Below, one piece after another: positions 1 to 12,100 of a DNA stretch of 64,000 nucleotides; position 1 is the first letter of the stretch; each line of letters starts with the position of its first letter. The stretch is from Saccostrea cucullata. Lineage: Eukaryota. The position numbers were made by a program, and so were the translations under genes. The DNA is taken from positions 62,001 to 126,000 of the forward strand of contig NW_026936671.1 of the NCBI RefSeq assembly GCF_032062105.1, read 5' to 3'. The notes below the pieces were generated by a model. It was not told where the DNA came from and did no database searches. It saw only the letters and a program-made list of their open reading frames with translations.

Positions 1-261
1 ACTAGTGCTAATATCTCAATGGTCAAAGTTGTTGTATAGACATTACTATGATAATTTATTTCGGTCCATATCTTACAAGCACAGATAAGAATGACTGGAC
101 ACTTTACATTAAAGCTGTACTCCCCTCCAAAGTGTGTGCAAAAAGTCCCTGACCTTTGTTCAAGATTTCACATGAAATGTCAAGGACACTCCAGTATTAT
201 ACTTTTTCAAGCCCCGAACAAACTTGAACCTTTTTTCTTCATCATTAAAAAAAAGCATTAC

Positions 262-656
262 CTCTTCCTTGCCCTTTATGCAAACGGCTACAGGCCACTC
301 CTGTGTGTATGTAAAAATATCCCATTCATCTGAGTACGCATATCTACAAAGAAGTTGTTAAATACAGTGAATAAACCAAATTTTAAGTTGGGGGGTGGGG
401 GTGGGCATATCCTGTTTGGATTTCCATGTCGAGTAAAACAAGAAAATCTCCAAAGAGATAATTATAGATAAGTATATAACAGAATTATTGCCTCATTTCG
501 GTTCCCCAATAAATAAGGTCATTGGAACTCCTAAGGGACAACTAATATAGACGAATGTATATTCAAAATAAAATAAGTATTGAATCATTTGTATAGATAT
601 AAAATACTCATTCCATACACTGTAGAACATAGTACAAGCAACAACAGCATTGTCAT
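262..656 (-). CDS. RNASET2: Ribonuclease T2 family protein, 5' part only (gene continues beyond the left edge of the window)
   Basis: Coding exons 656-619 and 343-262 join to MTMLLLLVLCSTVYAYSDEWDIFTYTQEWPVAVCIKGKEE: a signal peptide followed by the W-x(6)-Q-x-WP-x3-C N-terminal pattern of T2 RNases. The exon 1 donor (GT|GTATGG) was chosen because it is the only phase-compatible one. Catalytic CAS I (IHGLWP) is not in the window. Possible 5'UTR exon donor near 983. Confidence 0.75.
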
Positions 657-1902
657 GTTGGATCTTCTCCTGAAATTCGAGAAGCGAAGTTTTGATATTT
701 GGATTTAAATATAAAAAATATTTTTTTTTAGATAAATGGTCGCTAAAGTCCTATTTCTTAGCGTACGAGGGCTGTCCAAAATTATTTAAGTTTATGGACA
801 AATGCTATTTTTCTTTATCGAGCTCTCTCTCTCTCTCAAAAAAAAAAAATCAAATATCCGATTTACCAATATTTCAGCAATATTTAGATATGGAATGATT
901 TTATATTGATGATATTTCAAAAGTTGATAAACTTAAAAATATGACATGTGTAAATTGATTTCAAAGTTTCACATGTCCCTACCTTGATACAGCTCTGATA
1001 AACTATGATAAGAATATTTGTCTCATATATACGTGAATAGTCACGCGACGAAAATTCCAAGATATAAAAGTTGCAAAACAAAACATGTTTAGGTTATGAC
1101 GTTTATACAGAAACTTGAAGCTTTCGTGTGTCTTTGATAATATTAACAACAGAACTTTTTCTACTCTAAATCCATTCATTACTTTCAAATGAAAGTACAA
1201 TAAACAACAAACACACCATTTGGACATAGAAACGACACGCAGTAGCTTTATTTGTGCAGTGTACATAAAATATGCAAAATATGAAAATCAATTTGTATAT
1301 ACAAGTTTATGTTGGATTGAATAAATCATGATAAAATTTAAACTTTATCGTGCTCTACGTGTCGTCCTAAACTGGTATTTAAACCACTATTCACCTCTTA
1401 CATGTATATAGCCTTGCTAACGAGACCGGTTCTAAAGAACCACGTGATATACACCAGGTATTCGAATGAAAACCTTGTAATTCCGAAAAAGTAATTCATT
1501 ATCACACCAAGTAGAAATTGATTTCTGTCTAATTCGTTCCTCAAACGAAAGAAATCATATTTTCCTTCAATAATGAAATATAGTTGAATTAAAAAAAAAT
1601 CTTTATAAACATCCATTAAAAAAAAGCTATAGAATAAGATCGGTAAGTGTGTACATGCATCTATTTCCAATTCACTTTCAATGAATTTTTAGTTTTCTGC
1701 TTGCATCAATCACGTTCTTATTGGAGGAGAGAGGCTTTTATTAGATAAGTACTTTTCTATAATTGATACACGTATTTTGTTCTTATTTACTGAAATTGCA
1801 TATATTATTGTAAGATATTATAACTTTTTTTATAAGGAATGTAGCAATTCAAATGAATATGTCGTCATTATTATTCCAACCTGACCACATGAAGGCACCG
1901 TG

Positions 1903-2050
1903 TAATTCATGGACTTATTATTTGGAGCAAGTGGAGTTGTGGATTGGAATTTGGAGTCAACAATCTTACCACAAAAAAGGGGGAATGTTTTTGCCTTTAC
2001 GCAATTTATTTGAAGATCTTATAGACTCCTAGCCTCCAGTCCATGAATTA
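1903..2050. mobile_element. Small MITE-like inverted-repeat element
   Basis: 13-bp inverted ends TAATTCATGGACT (1903-1915) and AGTCCATGAATTA (2038-2050); no clear TSD. Confidence 0.4.
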
Positions 2051-2583
2051 AGGGGGGGGGGGGGTTAATGTACCAACTGAAATAGAAATGTACAACCTCA
2101 TCCATCTCGAAATAGGATTTTTGAGTTTTAGTAGATAAATTTTCTTTATAGTTTTAAAATCGTTTTACGGGTCTGTGGTTCAATCATTACTATGAAGAAT
2201 GTAAGTTCTTCAAATTAAAGTTCATGAATGAGTTCCGTCCTCGGCCGATCTCACAAGCATAACGGAATCAGCCAAGGATTGCAAATTGTACAAATAATGG
2301 ACAGCATCCGACACAAAATGACTACAGTGGCTGTCATTGGTCATGTCAAACACGTGATTAATCCTGAAAACTAAAAATGATGTACCGGAATTTGAAAGAG
2401 TAAATTGTTTTGTAAAACAGGAACTGAAAAGGAAGAACCCCATTAATATAATTTAAAAAAAAAATCAAATTTGTTTATTATTTTAAAGTATTCACATTTC
2501 AATAAAAAAGTCTATTTTACATTTATAAATAAAATATCGCCCTTGTCTATACTCTTATACCACCCAAAGAAAAAGAGAGTGTC

Positions 2584-3310
2584 ATGCAGTCGATTTATAG
2601 ACTTTATACATCTGTCTGGATCTTTCATCTGTTGTGCTTCCAAGTGGAATTATTTTCATGTCAAGGCAAGTTTTAATTACATCTGTTATATTATAAACTA
2701 TATAACATTTTAATGTAGAAATGTTTGTTGTCTATCAATGTTCACCTTTTTATTTTTAGGCACCTCTACTAGCCACCATCGAGTGAAACGAAAAATCGAA
2801 CAAACCTTTGAGACCAAGCATATTGTTGCCTTATATAATAGGACGAGAATTAATGTCCCAACATTAAGACATCACTTACCCGGATTCCTTTTCACAGACG
2901 CGAACAGAAACAAACACACTGTCATAATTGTTCGTGTACTTGCCACACAAGATCGAGGGTCAAGAAGAACGGGTTTCATAGAAAGATTAAATAATGTAAT
3001 TTCTGCAAAACTGAAAAACGGGAGATGTATGATGAGGGAATATAACCCTAGAACAAGACCAAACACTTGTTCGAATCCAAGACACATCGAATATTATCAC
3101 TGTACAGTTTTTATGGATGAAGTTGAAGAAGGGATAAGTATGGTTGAGTTCAATGTCCAGAATCATAACGATTGCAGACTTTCAGACAAAGGATGGTTTA
3201 CTGTTGGTGTTAGGGTTGACAAGACGAGAACAGGGGTCCAAGCAGGGACTGAATGGTTTTTTGTCGATCATTTGCAAAGATCAATGTTAATTGGTGGAAA
3301 TAGCTGTTAA
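2584..3310 (+). CDS. Uncharacterised secreted prepro-protein, paralog A (~210 aa)
   Basis: Exons 2584-2665 (MQSIYRLYTSVWIFHLLCFQVELFSCQ, signal-like, GC donor CAAG|GCAAGT) and 2760-3310, joined in phase 1. HHRVKR furin site. Aligns end to end with paralog B. AATAAA near 3338. Confidence 0.8.
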
Positions 3311-3344
3311 TCACACCAACACTGATATTTATTTATAAATAAAA

Positions 3345-4205
3345 CTAGCAAAGTCAAAGAATTGTGGTCCTCTGCTTTCGTTGTCTATTTAGAGCATATT
3401 GTCCATGTCAAACATGAACGCCTTAATTATTAAATGCTATTCAAAAATTCAAAGAATTGTGGTCCCCCCGCTTTCGGTGTCTTTGTGGGTGAGATATTTA
3501 GAGCATATTTTCCATATCAAACATGAACGCCCTATTACATGCTATTCAAAAGATACCATCAAAGTTGATTTTTTTTAAATTTGGTCAAAAATCAGGGTGA
3601 AGGGGTCAGAAATCATAGCATGCTCGGTAATATCTTGTCCCAGGTAATACACATGTCAAATATGGTAGCCCTTTCTCTTCTCAATCAAAAGTTGTGAGGA
3701 AAAAATAACATTTCTGAAAAGCAGGTCGAACATTAGGTTTCAAGGTCACAGGTTTAAAATCATAGTGTAGTAAGAAATGTCACAGCTAATATACATGTAA
3801 AATATGAAAACCCTACCTCTTCTCATTAAAACGTTATGACCAAGGTTAAAGTTTATGAAAAGTAGGTCAAATTCAAGGTCAAGGTCACGGGGTTTAAATT
3901 CATAGTAGTATTTAAGAAGGACTTGTCACAAGTAGTATATATGTATACTAGTAATATGAAAGCCCTATCTCTTCTTGTTGAAAAGTTATGGCCAATTTAA
4001 AGTTAATATGTTTAAATTTTTAAAAAGTATGTCAAACTTCAAGGTCAAGATCATGGTGTCAAAAAATCATAGTGTATTAAGAAAGGTCTCGTCACATGTA
4101 ATACACACTTTTAATATGAAATTCCTATCTCTTTTCATTTAAAAGATATGACCAAGGATAAGATTTTTGTGGAATTAAGACCGGCAGACCCCTCGCTTTC
4201 GCGAA
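3345..4205. mobile_element. Degenerate non-autonomous Helitron/Helentron-like element with internal tandem repeats
   Basis: Diverged repeated units (atatgaaagccctatctcttc..., caaggtcaaggtcac..., aatcatagtgta) between about 3600 and 4160, plus a local ~95-bp duplication at 3355-3550. Boundaries approximate. Confidence 0.5.
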
Positions 4206-5713
4206 AATTGTAATTTTCAATTAAGCAAGGTCATTGTAATAAACCAAAAGTTGCGAAATTGCGACTTTATACGAGAAACATGTTGTTGAAAACCATGTAA
4301 CATCAATTTATTTGTCTGAAGCTGACTCGATTTAAAAGCTGGTCCTACGCAGAACATGCTTTTGAGAATCGAATCAACACTATATTATGGTGATTGTGGA
4401 ATAATTAAAGTTGACGGTGGACAATCTTTAAATATTCTAAAATGAAGTTATATTTTGATATTGCTTTGTACAAGAATATATAAGCACAATAGTCAGCAAA
4501 TTAGATAACAGAACAAGCTTAAAAGACGATATATAATTTTACTAAATTTATACTAATTATTCAACATTTTTAAGCTATATATAAACTATTTTTCTCAATA
4601 TCCTATGTTTATTTTATTTTAACCATGATCTTCTTGCCAATGAGGTGTATGTAGTCTGAAATTGTCAATGTCATCTAACCCTCTTAAAGACGAGAGTTTA
4701 TGTCTCTATATTACATAATTATGACGCAAAAATAATGCAAGGAAGGATGGTACTTATCAATCACACAAGTCAAGATACTGAAGCTCTTTATATGTATATG
4801 AGGTGTCTTATATATTTCAAATTGAGTATAATTGTCATAGTTTATATTAGGGATACTCGGCTCTTTTCTATTTTAAATCAAATGAGGAAATCCTTTAACA
4901 GACCCAAATATATATACGTGTGAATATATAGTAACAACGTGGCGTGAAAGGGATGTGCTATCTCCATCATACTTAAAATACCAGACTGTTTTTAGAGATT
5001 ACATTAAAAACAAATACAATGTAACAGGTGTCCGTTGTCAGGATGAGGAGAAATGAGGCTCACAACTATTAAAATAAATCAAAATTTGAGAAATTCGCTT
5101 ATTTTTGTTTCATTTGATTTCTTTATATTTTTATTTATTTTATCTATCGATCTGTCTAATTTACATTCCGGTAGAATTATCAAGAAATCAACTTTCCTAA
5201 CTCACAAAGAAAAAAAAATAGAAATGCAAATATTTCCCGATCATTCATAAATATTTTTATATTATGTTATTTGATTATTTCACTTATACTATCAATTTTT
5301 ATGATCCCTTGCTTGCTAAATTAGAATACACGCATTGAGAATCTTTAACATTATTATTTATCGTAAGGGATAGTTCAGAGCTCATTTCTGTTTTTTTTTT
5401 TCGCTCAATTTTTCGCCTTCTAAACCTGCTTACCCTACATATCAGAAAAGTATAAAAAATATTATTGTCCGCTAAATATATGTTAATGTCAATCCGACGA
5501 AAAAAAAATATAATTGATTGGTTTCCCGTATCTATATGGGTCAGGAAGAATATAAGGGAAAACATTTCTATCTGATGTTTTTATAACAACACAAAACACA
5601 TTTCCTTCTTCAAAAGAGGAGATGGTTAACGCATATGTTATATCTATATATTCATATATATTGGACGTGTTGAAAAATTGCAGAACAACAACATCTAGTG
5701 CGAGAAATTAAAA

Positions 5714-6853
5714 ATGCTGCGTCTTCGGGTAGAATCTTTAATCTTTACCTGTATCTTTAATTTTTTAATTATGCATCAAGGTGAGTGTATTTTTATTGAG
5801 TCGAAATATTGTTTTTACTGTATAGACTATAGGTACTCGTATATATAATGATTTTTTTTAAATAATACTGACAAGCAAAATCCCAACATAAACAAATACT
5901 TATACATGTATCTAAATGTTAAAGAGAAGATTGTCTTTCTTTCTTTTCTGTAAAAGATTCTTCAACTGCCTGCTTTTTATAAATTAATTCAGCATCCGAA
6001 CCTGTATATTTTATTTTCAAATTCGTGTTTTACAAAATTACACTCATTTTATGTTGAACTGCACATTCTTGTTTGTGAAAACGATTTTATTTTTGTGATG
6101 TTTTTTTTTTTTCATGCTGTAAAATAATAAGGGGGGGGGTGGTAACGAAAATTTAATTACATGTAATTTTTTGCATTAATACCCCCCCCCCCCCCCAAAA
6201 AAAAATTCAAAACATAATTTGGATTTTTTTTCTATGCTGTTTCTAAATCCTGTTAAATTTTCATCCATTTAGATGTCTCATCATTATTACACCACAGAGA
6301 AAAGCGAGACATTGACATGAATTTTCAGAACAGGCATATTGTAGCTTTTGAAAGAGAAATTAGATACAGCAAGCTTAGAGGTTCAGTAGTACAGTACATC
6401 AAAGGGCAGGAAAACAGGAGAAAACACACACTGATCATCGCTAAAGTAGAGAGCACAGATATCAAGAGCAAACGGAAAAATGATGTGACGATAAAATTGA
6501 ATCGGATTGTGTCCCAAAAGTTAATGCAAGGAAGCGAATGCCAAAAAGTGCCCTATAAACCCTATGGAAGCTCAAATCAAGGGGCCTCTGGACAAGGAAG
6601 AGGGGCACAGAAGAAAACATGTCCAAATTCAACATCTCAGAAATATTTTCATTGCAGCATACTTCTGAATGAATTGGAAAGCCGTATACTTATGGCCGAG
6701 TTCGACTTAGAGAACAGTGACATTTGTGCTTATTCGGAAAATGGGACTTTTACAGTTGGTGTAAAAGTCGACAATACTCCCACTAATTCGTTCTTTGTTG
6801 ATCATTTAAAGGAGTCACATTTGTTCCCTGATATAAAGACTTGCCAAACATAA
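5714..6853 (+). CDS. Uncharacterised secreted prepro-protein, paralog B (~215 aa)
   Basis: Exons 5714-5780 (MLRLRVESLIFTCIFNFLIMHQ, CAAG|GTGAGT) and 6273-6853, joined in phase 1. HHREKR furin site. Shares HIVA, NRxKHT, YxHC, EF, GxFTVGVxVD and FFVDHL blocks and 5 Cys with paralog A. Confidence 0.85.
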
Positions 6854-8739
6854 AGCTACATGTATTGAACCTGAATACTTCAAATGATACAACTATGAAC
6901 GTCCAAGTTTTCGCTCGTCCACTTTCCAGTGTTTCTCAAATCTGAAAGGAAATTGTCGGACATCATAACCACATTGACAGTACTTTTATCGCATTTTAAT
7001 TTCTTAAGTATTTTTGGTAGAAATGTATGACTCCCTCCCCCCCAAAAGAGAAATTGCTTCCTATGGGCCTCCTCTAATTAAAAATTGTTTTCTTTTTATT
7101 TCTTCGGGGAGCAGTTCTTAATTCAAATTGATATACCTATAAAAATGTGTTCTTTATAAGCCGGTAGTACAAAAAGTCTAACAATTTCAATGTTTTGCAG
7201 TGTTTTAGTCACCAAAATAACCCCCCCCCCCCAAAAAAAAAAAATTGATGCTATGACTTTTCATGTACATGTACAGTGTGTAAACAGAAATGTAATGCAG
7301 TTGTGCATGAAAATGAATTAACACAAGTCAACATAATAAAGAAGATTTTATTGAAGTTCTACTTCAACACTTGCAATGGAGAAATGAGGTTTCTTAATTT
7401 TTATAATCAACTACCCACATTAAATATTTTAAAAATGAAAGCATCTAAACAAAAGCCTTACAAAAAATTCACTATTTTTTCCCCTTAATAATGCCCATGT
7501 TAATTAAACACCTATAAATTAACTGTTTGCTCAACAAAATCTTGCATACAAATTCAATATACATGCAAAAAATATATATATCTACTGATTATAAACTTTT
7601 TGAAGTGAAATAAACACTTCCTAGCTCACATGAGATCTTTGATTTAAAATTATTATAATTTAATTTTTTCATTACAGTACACATTTCATTTCCATATGCC
7701 CTATCCTGAACATGCTATATAAAAACGCTTTTAATACAGAAAAAAAATCCACATAAAATTTTATCAACTTCAACATTGTCCTCTCAAAAAATTAATTCAC
7801 TTTAATCAAAATATGATTGATCTTCTTCAAACGTCATTCCATCAAAATAAAGCCCGTTGTTTAGATGGACCTAGCTTTGTGTAATCAGAAATACTTTTCA
7901 AAATTTATTATGATAAAATTAACTTGGAATGTCAGCAACATTGGTTTACTGGTAAAAATGCTGTATGTATGCTTTTTGTGTACTCTTTTAATAGATACTT
8001 TGATAATCTTGAATGCCCTGTTTGGCATTAACTATAAAACAATAATTAAAAAGATTCAACAAATTTTCATTTAATTGTTACCAACACAGAAGCCTTTTAA
8101 GTATAATGAAGAACACATAAAATTATGCATCTATACACATACATGTACAATAAATTATGCTAAGTCCTAAATTTCCATCATCATGTTTACATAAGAGAAA
8201 TAATCAAATAAGCACTAAAACATTGATTACATTATTATGCTCAAAGAAGTAAAAAAAAAAAATGATTGGAAAAAAATATAACTTTTTAGTTTATACATTG
8301 CAAAGATTAAGAAATAAAACATACTTAGTACTTAAATCATTTTTCACAAAATGTCTGTTAAGACCCAAATGATAAATGTCTACTTTCCAAATAAAAAAAA
8401 TATCTCTTCCAAATTGGCTAGGGCTTTATTAATTACATGTACTACTCATAACATCAAACCCAACCTGTATATTATACTTCTGTGCACTAGAAAGCATCAA
8501 TTTTGCAAATAATAATCATTTACCTATAAATTTTACCATGCAGCACATATATGTAAATATATATATTCAGTATAAATGTAAATGTACAAGATTTCATTTT
8601 CATGCCTTTTATATATTCAAAATATAAAATACCTATCAAAGAAAAGATCTTGACACTTTTTCTATACAAAATATGAAAAAAAAATAGAAAAATAGTTTAA
8701 GTCAAACAAAAGAATACTAGGTTATATAAGTAGAACTAG

Positions 8740-8839
8740 CAGATAAGACAATGATTGAACCTAGCATCATTTAGCACTTTGCTATATATGGAGAAAAATC
8801 AGATAAGACAATAATTGAACCTAGTCATTTAGCACTTTC
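8740..8839. repeat. Short tandem duplication in the presumed PC 3'UTR
   Basis: cagataagacaat(g/a)attgaacctag..tcatttagcacttt occurs twice, about 60 bp apart. Confidence 0.7.
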
Positions 8840-9131
8840 CTGCATATAAACATTAAAACCTCTAGAAAAGACTTCACAGTAAAGATATTTATTTCTTTAG
8901 GATATGTTTCCATACTTTTAAAATCTAATATATATACATGTATCACCATTTCACACCAGTAATGCATATGTATAAATCATTTTCCCCACAATTTTTCGAA
9001 AAAAAATTTAATCTCATTTCTAATCATCAACAACAAGAACGTTTTCACATTCTAAACTGCATTTAACTTAAGCATTCCCAAAAACTCTCTTAAGGTGGCC
9101 TGCCATCTTTGGAAGATATCATCTTTCTCAC

Positions 9132-12100
9132 TCAGTCGCATTCAATGTCCATCAATAAATCATCACCCTCCAACTTCATCTTCTTCTCCACAGCGATCGA
9201 CTTCACCGTCCCTGAAGCAGGTGCCGTGACAACCATTTCCATCTTCATGGCGCTGAGCACTAAGACGGGTTGACCTTTCTCGACCTTGTCACCCTCTTTG
9301 ACCTTAATGTCCACAACTTCTCCTGGCATAGGGGCCCCTACTGATCCCCTCACCCCCTTCAGAGCCTTGGGGTGGAAATGCAGCTCCTGAAAAGATACAA
9401 CATATTCCATTTACTCTTTGGCTTCTATGAGGAATATTAAGATTTCACAAAAAAGATAATTCCGTGACCTACTTTAACTCGGTGACTATAAACCAATCAT
9501 TTTGCTTAGTATTTGTAGACAAATGTTTTCTCAGTCGTGAAAATTAATTGTCAGGGATTGAAGTACACAAATCAATACTAAGGACATTTATTTGGGGACA
9601 TTTCACCTTGGCTGCCTCTTCATCTTTGACCTTGACTGATCTCAGCTGTCCATTCAATTCAAAGAACATCTCCCTCTCCCCGTTCTTATTCAGGTCTCCA
9701 CAAGCTAAGGTTTTAATGGACAGTGTCTTTCCTCTCTCTATTTGTACCTGTAATTAGCAAAAAAAAATCCTCATTTAACTGAAAATTTCTGCATGATGAA
9801 ATGAAAATAAATGACATAAATTTTAAACCAGAAGTCTCCATCAAGACTGTAGCTCTACTGGTTTGTACTTTAAAAAAGTTTAAAGAAAAGTGGCATGTTG
9901 GTTTTGACTTGAGAAGAATTTTTAAAGAACAGCAATAAACAGAATAATGATTATGTATCTCAGTGTACACTACTTGCATGCCACATTATACATGTGCTAT
10001 AATCAAACTGTATTTGAAATTGCATTTTTTAAGTATTTCACAGAAATTTCTATTTTTAGTAACCACGGCAACACGTTCATCGAAATCAAAAATCGATGCA
10101 TAGAATTATGTATCTTAGTGTAGTCTACTTGTGTGCCAAGCTATATTGAAATCAGACCAAAACTGTAGGCACAGTGGTAGCATTTAAAACATACCACCAA
10201 AATTGTTTACTATCGCATGAAGAAACTTGAATCCTCTTTACTTAAGGATGCTTTGTGGCTGACCAGTGAGAAAAGCTAAAAAAAGTTAAACTGAAAAAAA
10301 AATCCAATCTTATTTACCTAAATATTTATAAATTCTAAACCCCCTCCCAAAAAAATAAGTACACTTTATTGTAAGGAAATGTTATTAAACACCATGACAA
10401 ACCTCCATTTCTTGAGCAACTTTGGGTCCTACAAAGAATATCCTTGTTCCGAGGGTATCCACAGGGCCGTATTTATCACGGAACTCCAGGAAATCGTCGG
10501 TGACCTTGGGATAGAGGGCAGCACTGATGACATCGTGCTCCTTTACATCATGCCCGTGCTTCTCTTTCAGCTCCTCTCTCAACTTATCAAAGTCAACGGG
10601 AGGGAGAGCTTCCCCTGGACGACCCTGAATACCAGGCTTTCCCTTCAGGATCTGGAAAAGGATAAATTTATATACTGCAGTGATTTTCTAAATGCATTTT
10701 TAATACAGTCAATCCTTTCAAACTCTATGTGGCCTAGAAAAAAAAATGACATCCAATTTTAAATTCACTTTGATGTATCTAGAGTTCCATTTTGACACAT
10801 TAAAATTCAAAATACCAAATTCAATTGTACAATAGTATCAAACTAGCAAGATAGCAAGGGTTTTGACATTTTCAAAATATGATATTCCTTTTGGCACAAC
10901 TACTGTATGTATACTTAAAAAGGCGGGCTTCATATATTAGCGACACTGGCTCAGACATTGATACGCAAATTCATGACTACCACAAAAAATCATACATAAA
11001 TACAAAATGCACAAATTCATGAATATGAAAACCACTAAAAAAATAATATATAAATACAATACACAATTTTTTGCGAAAGTAAAAATGCAGCGCATTAAAA
11101 AAAGAAAGAAAAAATGCCTCCCTCTCTTCATATTTCTTGAAAAAAATATGCCAATAAATTTATATCAGTAATTGCACTAAATTTTATGTACATGTACAGT
11201 ATACTTTTTGTTTACCTTGGTTCTGAGTGGTTCAGGATAGCCTCCTGGTGGGACCCCCAGATATCCCTGGAAGTACTCGATGACGGAGGCAGGGAAAGAT
11301 AACTCCTCCGCTCGGTCCTCCACCATCTCCTTGGTCAGTTTGTTCTGTACCATGAACTGAGCCATATCACCCACCACTTTAGAGGAAGGGGTCACCTAGG
11401 AGGAATTCACATATAAAATGTACATGTGTAGTAATTTTGGAAAAAGCTTCAAATGTGCTCATTTAAAATATATATAATATTTAATCAAAATTACATTTTT
11501 GTTTTCCAAAGAGCAAATATGTAATGAACATTTTAATACTGCAAAAATTTTCAAACCGCTTTTGAGAAATTAAATAAAGCAACAAAAATAAAACGAAGTT
11601 TTATCTATATAAACATAAACATTAAGTAATGAGGCTGGGGGGGGGGGGGGGGGGTCAAAGAACATAGTTCATTCGTAAACTGAAAGATTTCATTTTTTAG
11701 ATCTTTTAAAAGCTGTCAACAATCATTTTGCAAAGAAAAATTTCATACATTTATATTTAGATTTAAAATTTGATCAGAATATTTTTGTATATCTACTCTG
11801 TAAATGAGCCCAGCTCTCTGTACTTCTGAGTACTTTGATTAGCAAAAGTTTTGGTTTAGCTAAAATTATGAGTCACTAAAAAGTCAATCATAAATGCTAT
11901 ATGAAGAACACATGATTTAACTCTCTGATTATAACTTGCTTTATCCCTTCTATTTTATGTTATTGTAAACAAACCTTGGGAATATTCCCCAGCAGCTGAT
12001 TGGCTTCGGCGTACATTTTCTTCACTTCCTCAAACTGGTCAGCCAGACCGAGGCTGAAGGCCTGGAACTGTAAGTTTGTGTACTGACCACCTGTCACAAT

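Noticed and set aside
91-333. 80-aa plus-strand ORF
   Set aside because: Antisense to the RNase T2 exon and intron; no recognisable features.
2152-2200. Exon-like segment ending ATG AAG AAT|GTAAGT upstream of paralog A
   Set aside because: Could be a 5'UTR exon, but I could not fix its downstream acceptor or frame, so it is left out of the CDS.
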